A DNA stretch of 64,000 nucleotides from Hyphomonas sp. (GTDB lineage: Bacteria > Pseudomonadota > Alphaproteobacteria > Caulobacterales > Hyphomonadaceae): NCBI GenBank assembly GCA_046296675.1, contig JBKBLD010000013.1, positions 1,316 to 65,315 on the forward strand, given 5' to 3'. Each line of letters starts with the position of its first letter. Position 1 is the stretch's first letter. The notes beneath the pieces were generated by a model. The model was not told the DNA's origin, made no database searches, and was given only the letters and a program-made list of their open reading frames with translations. A program made the position numbers and the translations under genes. Shown piece by piece: positions 9,658 to 19,378 of the stretch.

Positions 9658-10266
9658 TCAGTAAGTAAGGCGCGGGCCTTCGAACACATCGTCCTCCGGC
9701 TCCGCGGCCGGGGGACGTGAAGGCTGGGCCGCACCCTTCGGCGGGCGCAGGTTCACGATATCAAGGTTCAGGTCGAAATCGCCGGTCAGCGCCGTGTCGC
9801 CGGTATCGAGCTTGTAGCGCACCGCATCGCGAATTTTCACCAGCACATCGCGGTTATTGTCGACCAGCGGGATCTGCCGGCCGTCGGATGTACCGATCAG
9901 CAGGCGGAAATAGGGCTCCCGACGCTTCAGCATGACGGCGATCATGGCCGCGCGGATGCCGAGAATGACGCCGATCAGCATCATGCCGAGACCGGTGAAA
10001 AGGCCGATCACCCCATCGCCCTGCGCCGGACGAAGCGCCCACCAGCCGAGGGCGAGGAGGCCAAAGAACAGAAGGGCGACACAGAAAGTGGCGTAGAGAC
10101 CCTGAACCCGCCGGTTGCGCGGCGTGTCCCAGGGCGCGAATTCATGGCTTTCGACCGACATGGTCGCAATCCGGCGGATGGCGATCGTATCATCCCCCAG
10201 CTGCAGCGATGCGGCGGAGACTTCGCCCTGCCGGGCGCCTTCCATGTCCAGCGTCTGACGGTCCAT
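9658..10266 (-). CDS. Two-TM membrane protein, DUF6232-like
   Basis: Two hydrophobic helices flanked by beta-rich soluble segments; family assignment tentative. Confidence 0.55.
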   Translation of the reverse strand: MDRQTLDMEGARQGEVSAASLQLGDDTIAIRRIATMSVESHEFAPWDTPRNRRVQGLYATFCVALLFFGLLALGWWALRPAQGDGVIGLFTGLGMMLIGVILGIRAAMIAVMLKRREPYFRLLIGTSDGRQIPLVDNNRDVLVKIRDAVRYKLDTGDTALTGDFDLNLDIVNLRPPKGAAQPSRPPAAEPEDDVFEGPRLTY

Positions 10267-10361
10267 TCTGAGCCCCGATTAGCCTTGTGGGAGGGCTGGC
10301 AGGCCGGTCCCGTCCTGTCAAATGACAAAGCAAAAAGGCAGAAAAGCGGCGAAGCGCTGCT

Positions 10362-10769
10362 TCATTCCCTGCCTTCGACATCCCGGCGAACCCGCGGATC
10401 GGCGAGCAGCCGGTCAATCGCTGTGGCCTCATCATAGGAGGTATCGGCGATGAAGTGGAGCTCCGGGGTGAACTTCATGTCGATCTCGCGGCCAAGCCGG
10501 CCCCGCAGGAAGGCGCTGGCGCGGGTCAGCGCCGCCGTCAGGCGCGCCCGGCCCGCCTCGGTCTCATCGCCGAGTGGTGTGACGAAGATATTGGCGTGCT
10601 TGAGATCCGGGGAGCAACGCACTTCGCCGACCGTGACGATCACGCCGGCAAGGTCGGGATCGCGGAAGTCCTCACGCGAGATGATTTCCGCCAACGCGTG
10701 GCGGATGATCTCCCCCGCCCGCAACTGGCGCTGCGAGGGGAGGCTCGGAGAAGCAGGACGGCGGGCCAT
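10362..10769 (-). CDS. rbfA: Ribosome-binding factor A
   Basis: QRQLRAGEIIRHAL, SPDLKHA, KFTPELHFIAD; follows infB. Confidence 0.97.
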   Translation of the reverse strand: MARRPASPSLPSQRQLRAGEIIRHALAEIISREDFRDPDLAGVIVTVGEVRCSPDLKHANIFVTPLGDETEAGRARLTAALTRASAFLRGRLGREIDMKFTPELHFIADTSYDEATAIDRLLADPRVRRDVEGRE

Positions 10770-10778
10770 GACAGTCGG

Positions 10779-13340
10779 TTACGCCAGCGTCCTTGCGATT
10801 TCCTCGACCTGGAAGCACTCGATCTTGTCGCCCACACGGATGTCGTCATACCGCTCGAACGCCATGCCGCACTCCATGCCGGCATTGACCTCGGAGACTT
10901 CGTCCTTGAAGCGCTTGAGCGTCTTGAGCTTGCCTTCGTGGATAACGACGTTGTCGCGCAGGAGGCGCACGCCGCAACCGCGGAGAACCTTGCCCTCGGA
11001 GATCCGGCAGCCGGCAACCTTGCCGACCTTGGTGATGTTGAAGACTTCCAGGATGTCTGCATAGCCGAGGAATGTCTCGCGCTTCTCAGGCGCCAGCATG
11101 CCCGACAGAGTCGCCTTCACATCGTCGAGCAGGTCGTAGATCACCGAATAATAGCGGATTTCCACGCCTTCGCGCTCAGCAAGATCGCGCGCCTGTTTGT
11201 TGGCGCGGACGTTGAAGGCAAAGATCGGCGCATTGGAGGAGCGGGCCAGCAGCACATCGGATTCCGAAATACCGCCAACGGCGCCATGTATGACCTTGGC
11301 GCGTACTTCCTCGGTGGAGATCTTGTCGAGCGACATGCTGATCGCCTCGACCGAGCCCTGAACATCGCCTTTGAGGACGATCGGCAGCTCGCTGGTTTCG
11401 ATGGCGCCATCCTTAAGACGGTTCATCAGCTGGTCCAGCGATGCACGGGCCGCAGCGGACGTGTTGCCGGAAACCTGGCGCTTCTGGCGGATGCGGTATT
11501 CGGTGATCTCGCGGGCCCGCGACTCGCTGTCAACGACGACGAAAACATCACCGGGATCGGGCGCGCCATCAAGGCCCAGCACTTCGACGGGAAGCGACGG
11601 GCCGGCATCGTCAAGCTGCTGTCCGCGTTCATCGACGAGCGCGCGCACCTTGCCCCAGCTGGAACCAGCCACGACGATATCGCCCCGCTTGAGAACGCCG
11701 CGCTTGATAAGCACGGTCGCGACGGGACCGCGGCCCTTGTCGAGCTTGGACTCGATCACGACACCGTCTGCCGGACGATCCGGGTTGGCTTTCAGTTCGA
11801 GCAGTTCAGCCTGGATCGAAATCGCATCTGTCAGATCGTCAAGACCGAAGCCGGTCTTGGCCGAGACTTTCACGGCCTGGGTGACACCGCCCATGCTCTC
11901 GACCTGGATGTCGTGCTGGAGAAGATCTGTCAGCACACGGTCCGGGTCTGCATCGTGCAGGTCACATTTGTTGACCGCAACGATGATCGGGACACCGGCC
12001 GCCTTGGCATGGCTGATCGACTCGATGGTCTGCGGCATGACGGAGTCGTCTGCCGCAACCACGAGGACAGCGATATCCGTGGCATTCGCGCCGCGGGCCC
12101 GCATGGCCGTGAAGGCTGCGTGACCTGGCGTATCGAGGAAGGTGATCCGCTCACCGGATTTCAGCTGCACCTGATACGCGCCGATATGCTGGGTGATACC
12201 GCCGGCTTCACCGGAGGCGACATCCGTTTTGCGCAGCGCGTCGAGCAGCGAGGTCTTGCCGTGATCGACATGGCCCATGATCGTCACGATCGGCGGGCGC
12301 GGCCTGAGATCTTCGGGCCGGTCGTCAGCGCCTTCCAGGCCGATCTCGACGTCAGCTTCCGAGACACGGCGAACCGTGTGGCCGAATTCGCCTGCGATCA
12401 GTTCGGCCATGTCGGCATCGATGATGTCATTACCGCGGAGCATTTCGCCCTGCTTGAACATGAACTTCACGACGTCGGCGACACGCTCATTCATGCGGCC
12501 GGCGAGATCCTGCAGCGTGATCGTTTCCGGCAAGGTCACCTCGATGGAAACCTTGTCGCGGTGGTCGGCCCCGCCCATACGGCGTTCGCGTTCGCGTTCG
12601 CGGGCGCGGCGGACCGAGGCGAGAGAGCGTTGGCGGTCGGCATCGTCGCCCAGCGCCGACGCGATCGTCAGCTTTCCCCGGCGGCGTTCGCCGCCATCGC
12701 GCGATGGCTTGGCAGCGGCCTCGCGGGCACGATCGCCGCGGTCGTCGCGCGCGGGCTTGCTGCTGCCACGTTTGGCGCGGTTTGCGTCTTCCTCTTCGCC
12801 GGGAACCGGCGGCACCACGACCGCAGGGGCCGGGCGGCTGGCTTTTGCGGGCCGTTCGACACGGTCCTTGGATGTGGCTTCGGCCAGCTTGGCGGCTTCT
12901 TCCTCGGCACGGCGGCGCGCTTCGGCTTCTTCCCGCTCACGCGATTCCTGAGCCTTGCGTTCCTGCTCCGTCCGCAGACGGTCCTGAGCGGCCTTTTCGC
13001 GTTCCTGATCCTTGGCGCGCGCGGCCTCCTCGGCCTTGCGCTGCTCCAGGACTTTCTGGCGTGCCTTCAGCTCTGCAACCGTGATGCCGAGCTTCGCAGC
13101 CAGGGCGGCGAGCTTGGCGTCCATCGTTTCCGATGCGGACGGAGCGGCCGGGGCGCCAGCGTCAGCCGCACCTCCCTGCCCGCCCCCGGCGGACACCGCG
13201 CGGCGCTTCTTGGTCTCGACGACCACCTGTTTGGAGCGCCCGTGGCTGAAGCTCTGCTTGACCGTGCCGGAGGTTTTCCGGACCACGGTCAGCGGCTTGC
13301 GCCCACCGGAATTGCTGCCTTGATCTTTCGTATCGCTCAT
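10779..13340 (-). CDS. infB: Translation initiation factor IF-2
   Basis: [41 protein letters not shown]. Confidence 0.99.
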   Translation of the reverse strand: MSDTKDQGSNSGGRKPLTVVRKTSGTVKQSFSHGRSKQVVVETKKRRAVSAGGGQGGAADAGAPAAPSASETMDAKLAALAAKLGITVAELKARQKVLEQRKAEEAARAKDQEREKAAQDRLRTEQERKAQESREREEAEARRRAEEEAAKLAEATSKDRVERPAKASRPAPAVVVPPVPGEEEDANRAKRGSSKPARDDRGDRAREAAAKPSRDGGERRRGKLTIASALGDDADRQRSLASVRRARERERERRMGGADHRDKVSIEVTLPETITLQDLAGRMNERVADVVKFMFKQGEMLRGNDIIDADMAELIAGEFGHTVRRVSEADVEIGLEGADDRPEDLRPRPPIVTIMGHVDHGKTSLLDALRKTDVASGEAGGITQHIGAYQVQLKSGERITFLDTPGHAAFTAMRARGANATDIAVLVVAADDSVMPQTIESISHAKAAGVPIIVAVNKCDLHDADPDRVLTDLLQHDIQVESMGGVTQAVKVSAKTGFGLDDLTDAISIQAELLELKANPDRPADGVVIESKLDKGRGPVATVLIKRGVLKRGDIVVAGSSWGKVRALVDERGQQLDDAGPSLPVEVLGLDGAPDPGDVFVVVDSESRAREITEYRIRQKRQVSGNTSAAARASLDQLMNRLKDGAIETSELPIVLKGDVQGSVEAISMSLDKISTEEVRAKVIHGAVGGISESDVLLARSSNAPIFAFNVRANKQARDLAEREGVEIRYYSVIYDLLDDVKATLSGMLAPEKRETFLGYADILEVFNITKVGKVAGCRISEGKVLRGCGVRLLRDNVVIHEGKLKTLKRFKDEVSEVNAGMECGMAFERYDDIRVGDKIECFQVEEIARTLA

Positions 13341-13395
13341 TCGTCCTACATATCACATGTTGCGCCGGAACGCCTCTGCGCTCCGGCAGTTTCCG

Positions 13396-14082
13396 CTACC
13401 GGTCCGTATCCCTGAACCAGGTCGACTCCGGAGCCGGGCGAAAACCCGTGAGACGGCGATAGGCTGTCTCCAGATTTACCGCAATGGCCCCCCGGCGGAC
13501 GAGCCCGTGTATCACGTGCTCACGCCCAAAGGCCATGCCCAGTTCCGCCGCGCTGAGTGCCCCGGCGACTTTCACGTCGCTATATAGGGCTTTCGCGAGA
13601 AAATATACCTTCATCCGCCCATCTTCCGCACCGTCTGAGGCTTCGAGAAGACAGGCCGGGGCGGCGTCCCTCAGGGCATCGCGCACCTGATCGAAGCCGC
13701 AGACTGCCTGGCCGGCCTTGCGGGCAAGGCCCAGCAGGTCCAGGCAGCGTTTGGTAAGGAGGCGTTCGATCAGGTCGGTGAGCCCTTCCGGCACGGTGAC
13801 TTGGTCCCGGAATCCGCGGGCGAAAGCGCCTTTCCTGACAGCCCGGTCGACAACGCCGCGTTCCGATTTCAGCCAGACGCCGCGGCCCGGCAGCCTTTCG
13901 GCAATGTCCGGCGTCACTGCGCCGTCCGGCGACAGGACAAAGCGCAGCATATCCGCCTTCGGCAGCCGCTCGCGCGTCACCGCGCACTGGCGCTCCGGCG
14001 AGGAAGCATCTTCCTCGCCTGGCTCTGGTCCTTCAATGTCTGCGGTCAGGCGCGGATCACTCTCGGGGTGCGGCCTCGTCAT
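13396..14082 (-). CDS. YlxR (DUF448) plus L7Ae-like RNA-binding protein
   Basis: RQCAVTRE, MLRFVLSPDG, LPGRGVW, LGLARKAG; sits between nusA and infB and overlaps the nusA stop. Confidence 0.9.
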   Translation of the reverse strand: MTRPHPESDPRLTADIEGPEPGEEDASSPERQCAVTRERLPKADMLRFVLSPDGAVTPDIAERLPGRGVWLKSERGVVDRAVRKGAFARGFRDQVTVPEGLTDLIERLLTKRCLDLLGLARKAGQAVCGFDQVRDALRDAAPACLLEASDGAEDGRMKVYFLAKALYSDVKVAGALSAAELGMAFGREHVIHGLVRRGAIAVNLETAYRRLTGFRPAPESTWFRDTDR

Positions 14083-15826
14083 CGCCGCCCTCCATTTCGA
14101 GTTCGGCGAGGTCGATGCCGAGTTCCTCGGCAAGCGCTTCCTCGTCGTCATCACCGCTATTGTTGCCCAGTTCGCCTAGCGCGAGCAGCGCGCGTTCCTC
14201 TTCCGTCAGTTCCGGCGCATCTTCCGGCTGGCTCTGCTGGGCGACGAGCGCATCGAGCGCTTCCGGCTCGATCCAGCCCGCGACCACGCGCGCTTTCATG
14301 ACGAACATCTGCGCGTCATCCTTGCGCATCTCGCCCTTCTTGAGGATGCCCTCGACCCAGACCGGTTTGCCGTCGGGGCCGGCTTCGCGGTAGCCGGTGA
14401 TGTCGTCCGGAACGAGCCCGGCAACGTCTTCGACCGTCTTCACGCCTTCCTCGCCGAGCTTCACGGCGAAGGACGGCGTCATGCCTTCCAGCTCCATCAC
14501 GGCGTCTTCGACACCAAGCTCGCGGCGCTTCGCGTCATTCTCGGCCGCCACGCGGTCAAGATACTCACGCGCGCGCTCCTGCAGCTCTTCGGCCACGTCC
14601 TTGTCGAAGCCTTCGATCGTGATGAAGTCTTCCGGCGCAACAAAGGCGATCTCCTCGACCGTCTCGAAGCCTTCGGAGGCGAGCAGCTGGGCGAGCGTTT
14701 CGTCCGCATCCAGCGCTTTCATGAACAGCTCGGTCCGCTCCTGGAATTCCTTCTGGAAACGTTCGGAATCGGCCGTCTCGGTGATCAGGTCGATCTGCCA
14801 GCCGGTCAGCTGCGACGCGAGGCGGACGTTCTGGCCGCGCCGGCCGATGGCCAGCGGGAACTGATCGTCGGCCACCACGACTTCAACGCGGCGTTCGTCT
14901 TCATCAAGCACCACTTTCGAGACTTCCGCCGGCTGCAGCGCGTTGACGATGAAAGTCGCGGCGTCAAAGCTCCACGGGATGATGTCGATCTTCTCGCCCG
15001 AAAGCTCGCCGACAACCGCCTGCACGCGCGCGCCGCGCATACCGACACAGGCGCCGACCGGATCAATCGAAGAGTCGTTGGAAATCACGCCGATCTTGGC
15101 GCGGCTGCCCGGATCACGGGCGCAGGCCTTGATCTGGATCACGCCTTCATAGACTTCCGGTACTTCCTGGGCGAACAGCTTGCGCATGAAGTCAGGCGCC
15201 GCGCGCGACAGGAATATCTGCGGGCCTTTCACTTCGCGGCTCACCTTGTAGAGATAGGCGCGCACGCGGTCGTTGGGCTGGAAGTTCTCGCGCGGGATAC
15301 CGTCATTGCGGCGGATGATGCCCTCGGCACGGCCGAGATCGACGATCACATGGCCGTACTCGACACGCTTGACGATGCCGGAGACGATCTCGCCCACACG
15401 GTCCTTGTACTCATTATACTGACGTTCGCGCTCGGCATCGCGCACCTTCTGCGTGATCACCTGTTTGGCGGTCTGTGCGGCGACCCGGCCGAAATCGAAC
15501 GGCGGCAGTTCTTCCTTCAGCTCGCTGCCGGCCTCCAGTGACGGATCGATCCGCTTTGCTTCCGAGAGGCGCAGCTGCTTGGCCTCGTCTTCAAAGGCTT
15601 CGTCATCGACAACGGTCTGAATACGCCAGAGCGTCTGTTCGCCCGTTGCCGAATCAATCCGGGCACGGATGTCATGCTCCTGACCGTACTTGGCCTTGGC
15701 GGCTTTCTCGATCGCTTCCTGCATCGCCTCGATGACGATGCGCTGGTCGATCGACTTCTCCTCGGCGACCGCTTTGGCGATCTGCAGGATTTCAAGCCGG
15801 TTGGCTGAAACGCCGATGGCGCTCAT
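14057..15826 (-). CDS. nusA: Transcription termination/antitermination factor NusA
   Basis: FGRVAAQTAKQVI, ARDPGSRAKI, AIGRRGQNVRLAS; long acidic C-terminus. Confidence 0.99.
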   Translation of the reverse strand: MSAIGVSANRLEILQIAKAVAEEKSIDQRIVIEAMQEAIEKAAKAKYGQEHDIRARIDSATGEQTLWRIQTVVDDEAFEDEAKQLRLSEAKRIDPSLEAGSELKEELPPFDFGRVAAQTAKQVITQKVRDAERERQYNEYKDRVGEIVSGIVKRVEYGHVIVDLGRAEGIIRRNDGIPRENFQPNDRVRAYLYKVSREVKGPQIFLSRAAPDFMRKLFAQEVPEVYEGVIQIKACARDPGSRAKIGVISNDSSIDPVGACVGMRGARVQAVVGELSGEKIDIIPWSFDAATFIVNALQPAEVSKVVLDEDERRVEVVVADDQFPLAIGRRGQNVRLASQLTGWQIDLITETADSERFQKEFQERTELFMKALDADETLAQLLASEGFETVEEIAFVAPEDFITIEGFDKDVAEELQERAREYLDRVAAENDAKRRELGVEDAVMELEGMTPSFAVKLGEEGVKTVEDVAGLVPDDITGYREAGPDGKPVWVEGILKKGEMRKDDAQMFVMKARVVAGWIEPEALDALVAQQSQPEDAPELTEEERALLALGELGNNSGDDDEEALAEELGIDLAELEMEGGDDEAAPRE

Positions 15827-16422
15827 TGGACATCTCCTGTCTCTTGGTCTTCTTCGTCCTGGGTCTCGTCGATCTCGAAATCGGCGAGGGATTCTTCTTC
15901 ATCGTCCGGCTGTGGCGGCAGATTGCCGGCCGCGCGGGCGGCTTCAATCAGGGCATCGGTCAGCACCAGGCTGGCCCGGCTCATTTCATCGATCCCGGCG
16001 ACCAGTTCGGTCTCATCATCGAGTTCCAGATGGACGCCGGCCTCATCCTCACCGGTGATGACACCGACGAAGCGGCGCCGGCCATCCATCGGACGGGCGA
16101 GTTCGATCTTGGCGGCATGACCCGTCCAGCGGGCAAAGTCGCCCGGCCGCGTCAGGGGGCGGTCGATGCCGGGGGTCGATACTTCAAGCGTATAGGCATC
16201 CGAAATCGGATCGGCCGCGTCCAGCGTGGGCGACATGGCGCGCGACAGGCGGGCGCAGTCTTCCACATCGGTGGGCGCCCCCCCTGCCCGTTCCGCCATG
16301 ATCTGCAGGTGCGGCCGGCGCCCGCCCTGAACCCGCAGGCGCACGATTTCCATGCCCAGCCCTTCGGCCACGGGCCGGACAAGGGCGAGCAGGCGGCGTT
16401 CCTGTTCGGTCAGCGCAATCAT
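15823..16422 (-). CDS. rimP: Ribosome maturation factor RimP
   Basis: LQIMAER, YTLEVSTPGIDRPLTR, GRRRFVG. Confidence 0.97.
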   Translation of the reverse strand: MIALTEQERRLLALVRPVAEGLGMEIVRLRVQGGRRPHLQIMAERAGGAPTDVEDCARLSRAMSPTLDAADPISDAYTLEVSTPGIDRPLTRPGDFARWTGHAAKIELARPMDGRRRFVGVITGEDEAGVHLELDDETELVAGIDEMSRASLVLTDALIEAARAAGNLPPQPDDEEESLADFEIDETQDEEDQETGDVQ

Positions 16423-16445
16423 ATGGGGCGTCGGGACTCCGGGCT

Positions 16446-16481
16446 AAAGAAAAGCGGCGGACCCGTTTCCGGACCCGCCGC
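16446..16481 (-). promoter_or_regulatory. rimP leader terminator hairpin
   Basis: Minus strand GCGGCGGGTCCG-GAAA-CGGGTCCGCCGC-TTTTCTTT just upstream of the rimP start; the position matches the known rimP leader. Confidence 0.7.
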
Positions 16482-16547
16482 CGATATGTTTCGACTTGGG
16501 CGCTAGATAATCTCAATTCATGCGGATGTCGAGGGGGGCCATGCAAG

Positions 16548-17684
16548 CTATCCCCCGATCGCGAACACCAGCTCCTGGATAACATTGTGGTGGTCGAGCC
16601 TGCACCCGGTGACGGCCGGATCTTCGCTGGGCCGAAAATGCCATTGGGATACAGTTCTGAGCGCTTCCTGCCTGAAACCGTCCATCGGCACCGCCGCGAG
16701 GACCTCTGGATCCCGGACGGCGCCGTTTTCAAAGCGGAATCTTACAATAACAGACCCGAACCGGCCGCGCATGGCTTGCCCGGCCGGATATCGCATCGGC
16801 GGCTGCTGAACCAGTTCTCCCGCGCAGAAGGGCCCCCGGTTGACCGGAAGGCTGTCTTCCGTGATTTCAACCCACTCCAATTGAGGATCACTCGCGCCAT
16901 AACCAGCGAGAATTTCCTCCAGCCGCGCGGGTCTCAGATTCCGGTCGCCGACCGACATGAAATATGCCTGCATTGCATTCTGCCATGCGTTGGCCTGCCA
17001 GTATGCATCATCGATCCAGCCCGGACGGTCTCTGCCCGCCTGCCGCTGCATCTGGCGCAGTTCGCCGCGCAAGTGGACCATCTCTTCCAGCTGCGCAACC
17101 CGGGGTGTTGTGTTGAAGCGGGATGTAATGGCAATGGCGCGCGCTTCCACTTCATACTGGCGCAGCGTGTCGCCACCCGCCGCAAAGTGCAGCGCTGCCT
17201 GGCGAGCCACTTTCTCAGCGCCCGCAAAATCCCGGGTGTTGAGCTTTGAGGCATAGAACTCGCGGAAAGCCGAAGCCGACATACCGCTTGGCGCGAGCGA
17301 CTGGATCTCGTCGAGCGACCTTTGCAGAGATCGCGAATTGGCTGAAGTGGGCTTGCCCTTCCAGACGACGAAGGCGAGCAGGAGCCGGTCTTGCGCCGTC
17401 GCGTCGGGGAGGCCGGCAGCAAATTTCGCACCCGGAAGGGCCTCGGCCCACGCACCGGTCCGGCCCAGCGTCCAGGCCGCTTCATAAGCAGCTATACCGG
17501 CGCCTGGGTCCTCCGGATTAGCTATTGCGGCATTGGCGAGACGCACCGCCGCCGCACGGAGCAAGGCGTCGTCGTTTGACTCGACGGCGTGGTTGAATGC
17601 GAGGATATCAGCTTCAGCTACCTGGGCCGCTGCATCTGCCTGACAGAAGAGTCCGAAGACTGCGGCGGCGAACAGGTGTTTCAT
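16548..17684 (-). CDS. Secreted helical protein with C-terminal TonB_C domain
   Basis: Signal peptide MKHLFAAAVFGLFCQADAAAQ; C-terminal PPMRYP...GSVIVRFRF...VRDPEVL...FRQEALRTVSQWHF. Confidence 0.7.
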   Translation of the reverse strand: MKHLFAAAVFGLFCQADAAAQVAEADILAFNHAVESNDDALLRAAAVRLANAAIANPEDPGAGIAAYEAAWTLGRTGAWAEALPGAKFAAGLPDATAQDRLLLAFVVWKGKPTSANSRSLQRSLDEIQSLAPSGMSASAFREFYASKLNTRDFAGAEKVARQAALHFAAGGDTLRQYEVEARAIAITSRFNTTPRVAQLEEMVHLRGELRQMQRQAGRDRPGWIDDAYWQANAWQNAMQAYFMSVGDRNLRPARLEEILAGYGASDPQLEWVEITEDSLPVNRGPFCAGELVQQPPMRYPAGQAMRGRFGSVIVRFRFENGAVRDPEVLAAVPMDGFRQEALRTVSQWHFRPSEDPAVTGCRLDHHNVIQELVFAIGG

Positions 17685-17754
17685 ATTCTTCCCCGCAGCC
17701 AGCCCGGCAACCTTATGTTGCGCAGAAGAGGCAGGTCAAGTGAGCTGTTCGCTG

Positions 17755-17787
17755 AATCAGAAAGCGGCCCGGTAAGCCCGAGCCGCT
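17755..17787 (-). terminator. Intrinsic terminator of the cold-shock gene
   Basis: Minus strand AGCGGCTCGG-gctta-CCGGGCCGCT-TTCTGATT. Confidence 0.6.
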
Positions 17788-17812
17788 CCTGTGTTGCGAT
17801 CTGGCAAAAGCC

Positions 17813-18022
17813 TCAGAGAATCTTCAGGTCCACCGCCGAGGTCTTGCCGCGGCGCTCATCCTTGTACAGCTCGTAGGAGATCGACTGGTTCTCGGCGAGG
17901 GTTTTCAGGCCCGACCGTTCGACCGCAGAGATATGGACGAACACGTCAGCGCCGCCCTCATCCGGCTTGATGAAGCCGAAACCCTTCTGGTCGTTGAACC
18001 ACTTAACTTTTCCGGTTGCCAT
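17813..18022 (-). CDS. cspA: Cold-shock protein, CspA family
   Basis: [15 protein letters not shown] and DVFVHISA (RNP1/RNP2). Confidence 0.96.
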   Translation of the reverse strand: MATGKVKWFNDQKGFGFIKPDEGGADVFVHISAVERSGLKTLAENQSISYELYKDERRGKTSAVDLKIL

Positions 18023-18193
18023 GCTGGCCTTCCTTTACCGTTCCTTCGGCCGCGCCCGCACGGGATTATGACGGGCGATGCCTGTCGAAACTCGGAGGAG
18101 GGAAAGTCAGTGCCGTCGGTCTGACGGGGTCTTGATATTCAGACCGACCGGTTTCGATAGGATATTTTGCACACGAGCTGGGGAATTCGTCAA
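18023..18193 (-). promoter_or_regulatory. Promoter and long structured 5' UTR of the csp gene
   Basis: -35 TTGACG at 18193-18188; -10 CAAAAT at about 18169-18164; perfect 10-bp stem GTCGGTCTGA/TCAGACCGAC (18115-18148). Confidence 0.6.
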
Positions 18194-18207
18194 GACGCGA
18201 GGGCAAG

Positions 18208-18903
18208 TCAAGCCATACGCAAATCGAACCAAACCGGCGCACAGTCGCCCAATCGCTTTGATTCGTAACGGGTTTTTATGTGGTCCGCTGGGGGGAGCCG
18301 CCAGTCGCCGGCTGCAGCAGCCTGCCAGTCGAAACCTGCCGAAAGGAAGGCCAACAGGGCTTCATCCGCATACGACTTCACATCGGTCGCGAACCGGACG
18401 CCGGCGCCGGATTTCAGCTTGGGCTTCAGGAGATCGAGAAAGGCAGGCTGGACAAGACGGCGCTTGTGCTGGCGGCGTTTCGGCCAGGGGTCGGGAAAGA
18501 GGATGAAGACGCGATCAAGCGAGGCATCCGGCAGACGTTCGATCAGATATCGGGCATCATCCGGCCAGAGACGGACATTCGAGACGCCTGTATCCTCCAT
18601 TCCGGCCAACGCCTTGGCGACGCCCTCAAGGAATGGCTCGCAGCCGAGAAAGCCGACGTCCGGATGACGCCCGGCCTGAGCGATCATGTGCTCCGCCCCG
18701 CCAAAGCCGATCTCCAGCCAGATCGCGGTCTTGCCCGGAAACAGGGCCTCAAGATCAACCGGCCCCTCCCCTTCCGGTATGCGGGCAGCCTCCAGCCGTT
18801 CAGCGATCAGCACTTTCTGACGCGGCGAAAGCGGCCGTCCGCCGGTGCGGCCATAGCTGCGCAGCGGGCGGTCCCGCAGGGACCTGGAACCGCTATCTGT
18901 CAT
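18208..18903 (-). CDS. trmB: tRNA (guanine-N7)-methyltransferase
   Basis: WLEIGFGGAEH, GCEPF, LFPDPWPKRRQHKRR, FATD, TRYE. Confidence 0.96.
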   Translation of the reverse strand: MTDSGSRSLRDRPLRSYGRTGGRPLSPRQKVLIAERLEAARIPEGEGPVDLEALFPGKTAIWLEIGFGGAEHMIAQAGRHPDVGFLGCEPFLEGVAKALAGMEDTGVSNVRLWPDDARYLIERLPDASLDRVFILFPDPWPKRRQHKRRLVQPAFLDLLKPKLKSGAGVRFATDVKSYADEALLAFLSAGFDWQAAAAGDWRLPPADHIKTRYESKRLGDCAPVWFDLRMA

Positions 18904-19343
18904 TCGGTATCCGGTCCGGGCCCGGATCTGTCGAAGGCCGACGCGGCCGCCCGCACCGTCGCGAGCAGAGAGCGCCGAAGGCCAGCATCCTCGATCCGGT
19001 CGAAGGCGGCAACCAGTTCCAGGGCTTCGTTGGACAATGCCGGCAGTCTCGGTTCTTCCTCGTCTTCGCCTTCGGCAAGCATGGACGGCGCCTCGCCCAG
19101 ATATTCTTCAGCCCCGTCAAAGAAATAGGACACCGGCACTCCGAGGACGCCGGCAATCTCGAACAGGCGGCCGGCCGAGACACGGTTCACGCCTTTTTCG
19201 TATTTCTGAACCTGCTGAAAGGTCAGGGCGAGCAACTCGCCCAGCTTCTCCTGGGTGAGCTTGAGTTCACGGCGGCGCCAGCGGATTCGCTGTCCGACCA
19301 CCCGGTCTATTCCGCTCGGCAGTTTGCTTTCTGACATACCCAT
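18900..19343 (-). CDS. XRE-family HTH transcriptional regulator
   Basis: IDRVVGQRIR...LTFQQVQKYEKGVNRVSAGRL; conserved position downstream of lnt. Confidence 0.9.
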   Translation of the reverse strand: MGMSESKLPSGIDRVVGQRIRWRRRELKLTQEKLGELLALTFQQVQKYEKGVNRVSAGRLFEIAGVLGVPVSYFFDGAEEYLGEAPSMLAEGEDEEEPRLPALSNEALELVAAFDRIEDAGLRRSLLATVRAAASAFDRSGPGPDTE

Positions 19344-19378
19344 CCCGGACGTAACGCCGATTTTGCAAGACTGACGGC

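Noticed and set aside
10455-13415. 986-aa + strand ORF, and similar long shadow ORFs at 4048-5961, 7441-8760, 28968-30338, 42142-44529 and 58101-59396
   Set aside because: They lie antisense to well-supported genes and show no recognisable domains. Long stop-free shadow frames are expected in high-GC genes with biased codon usage.
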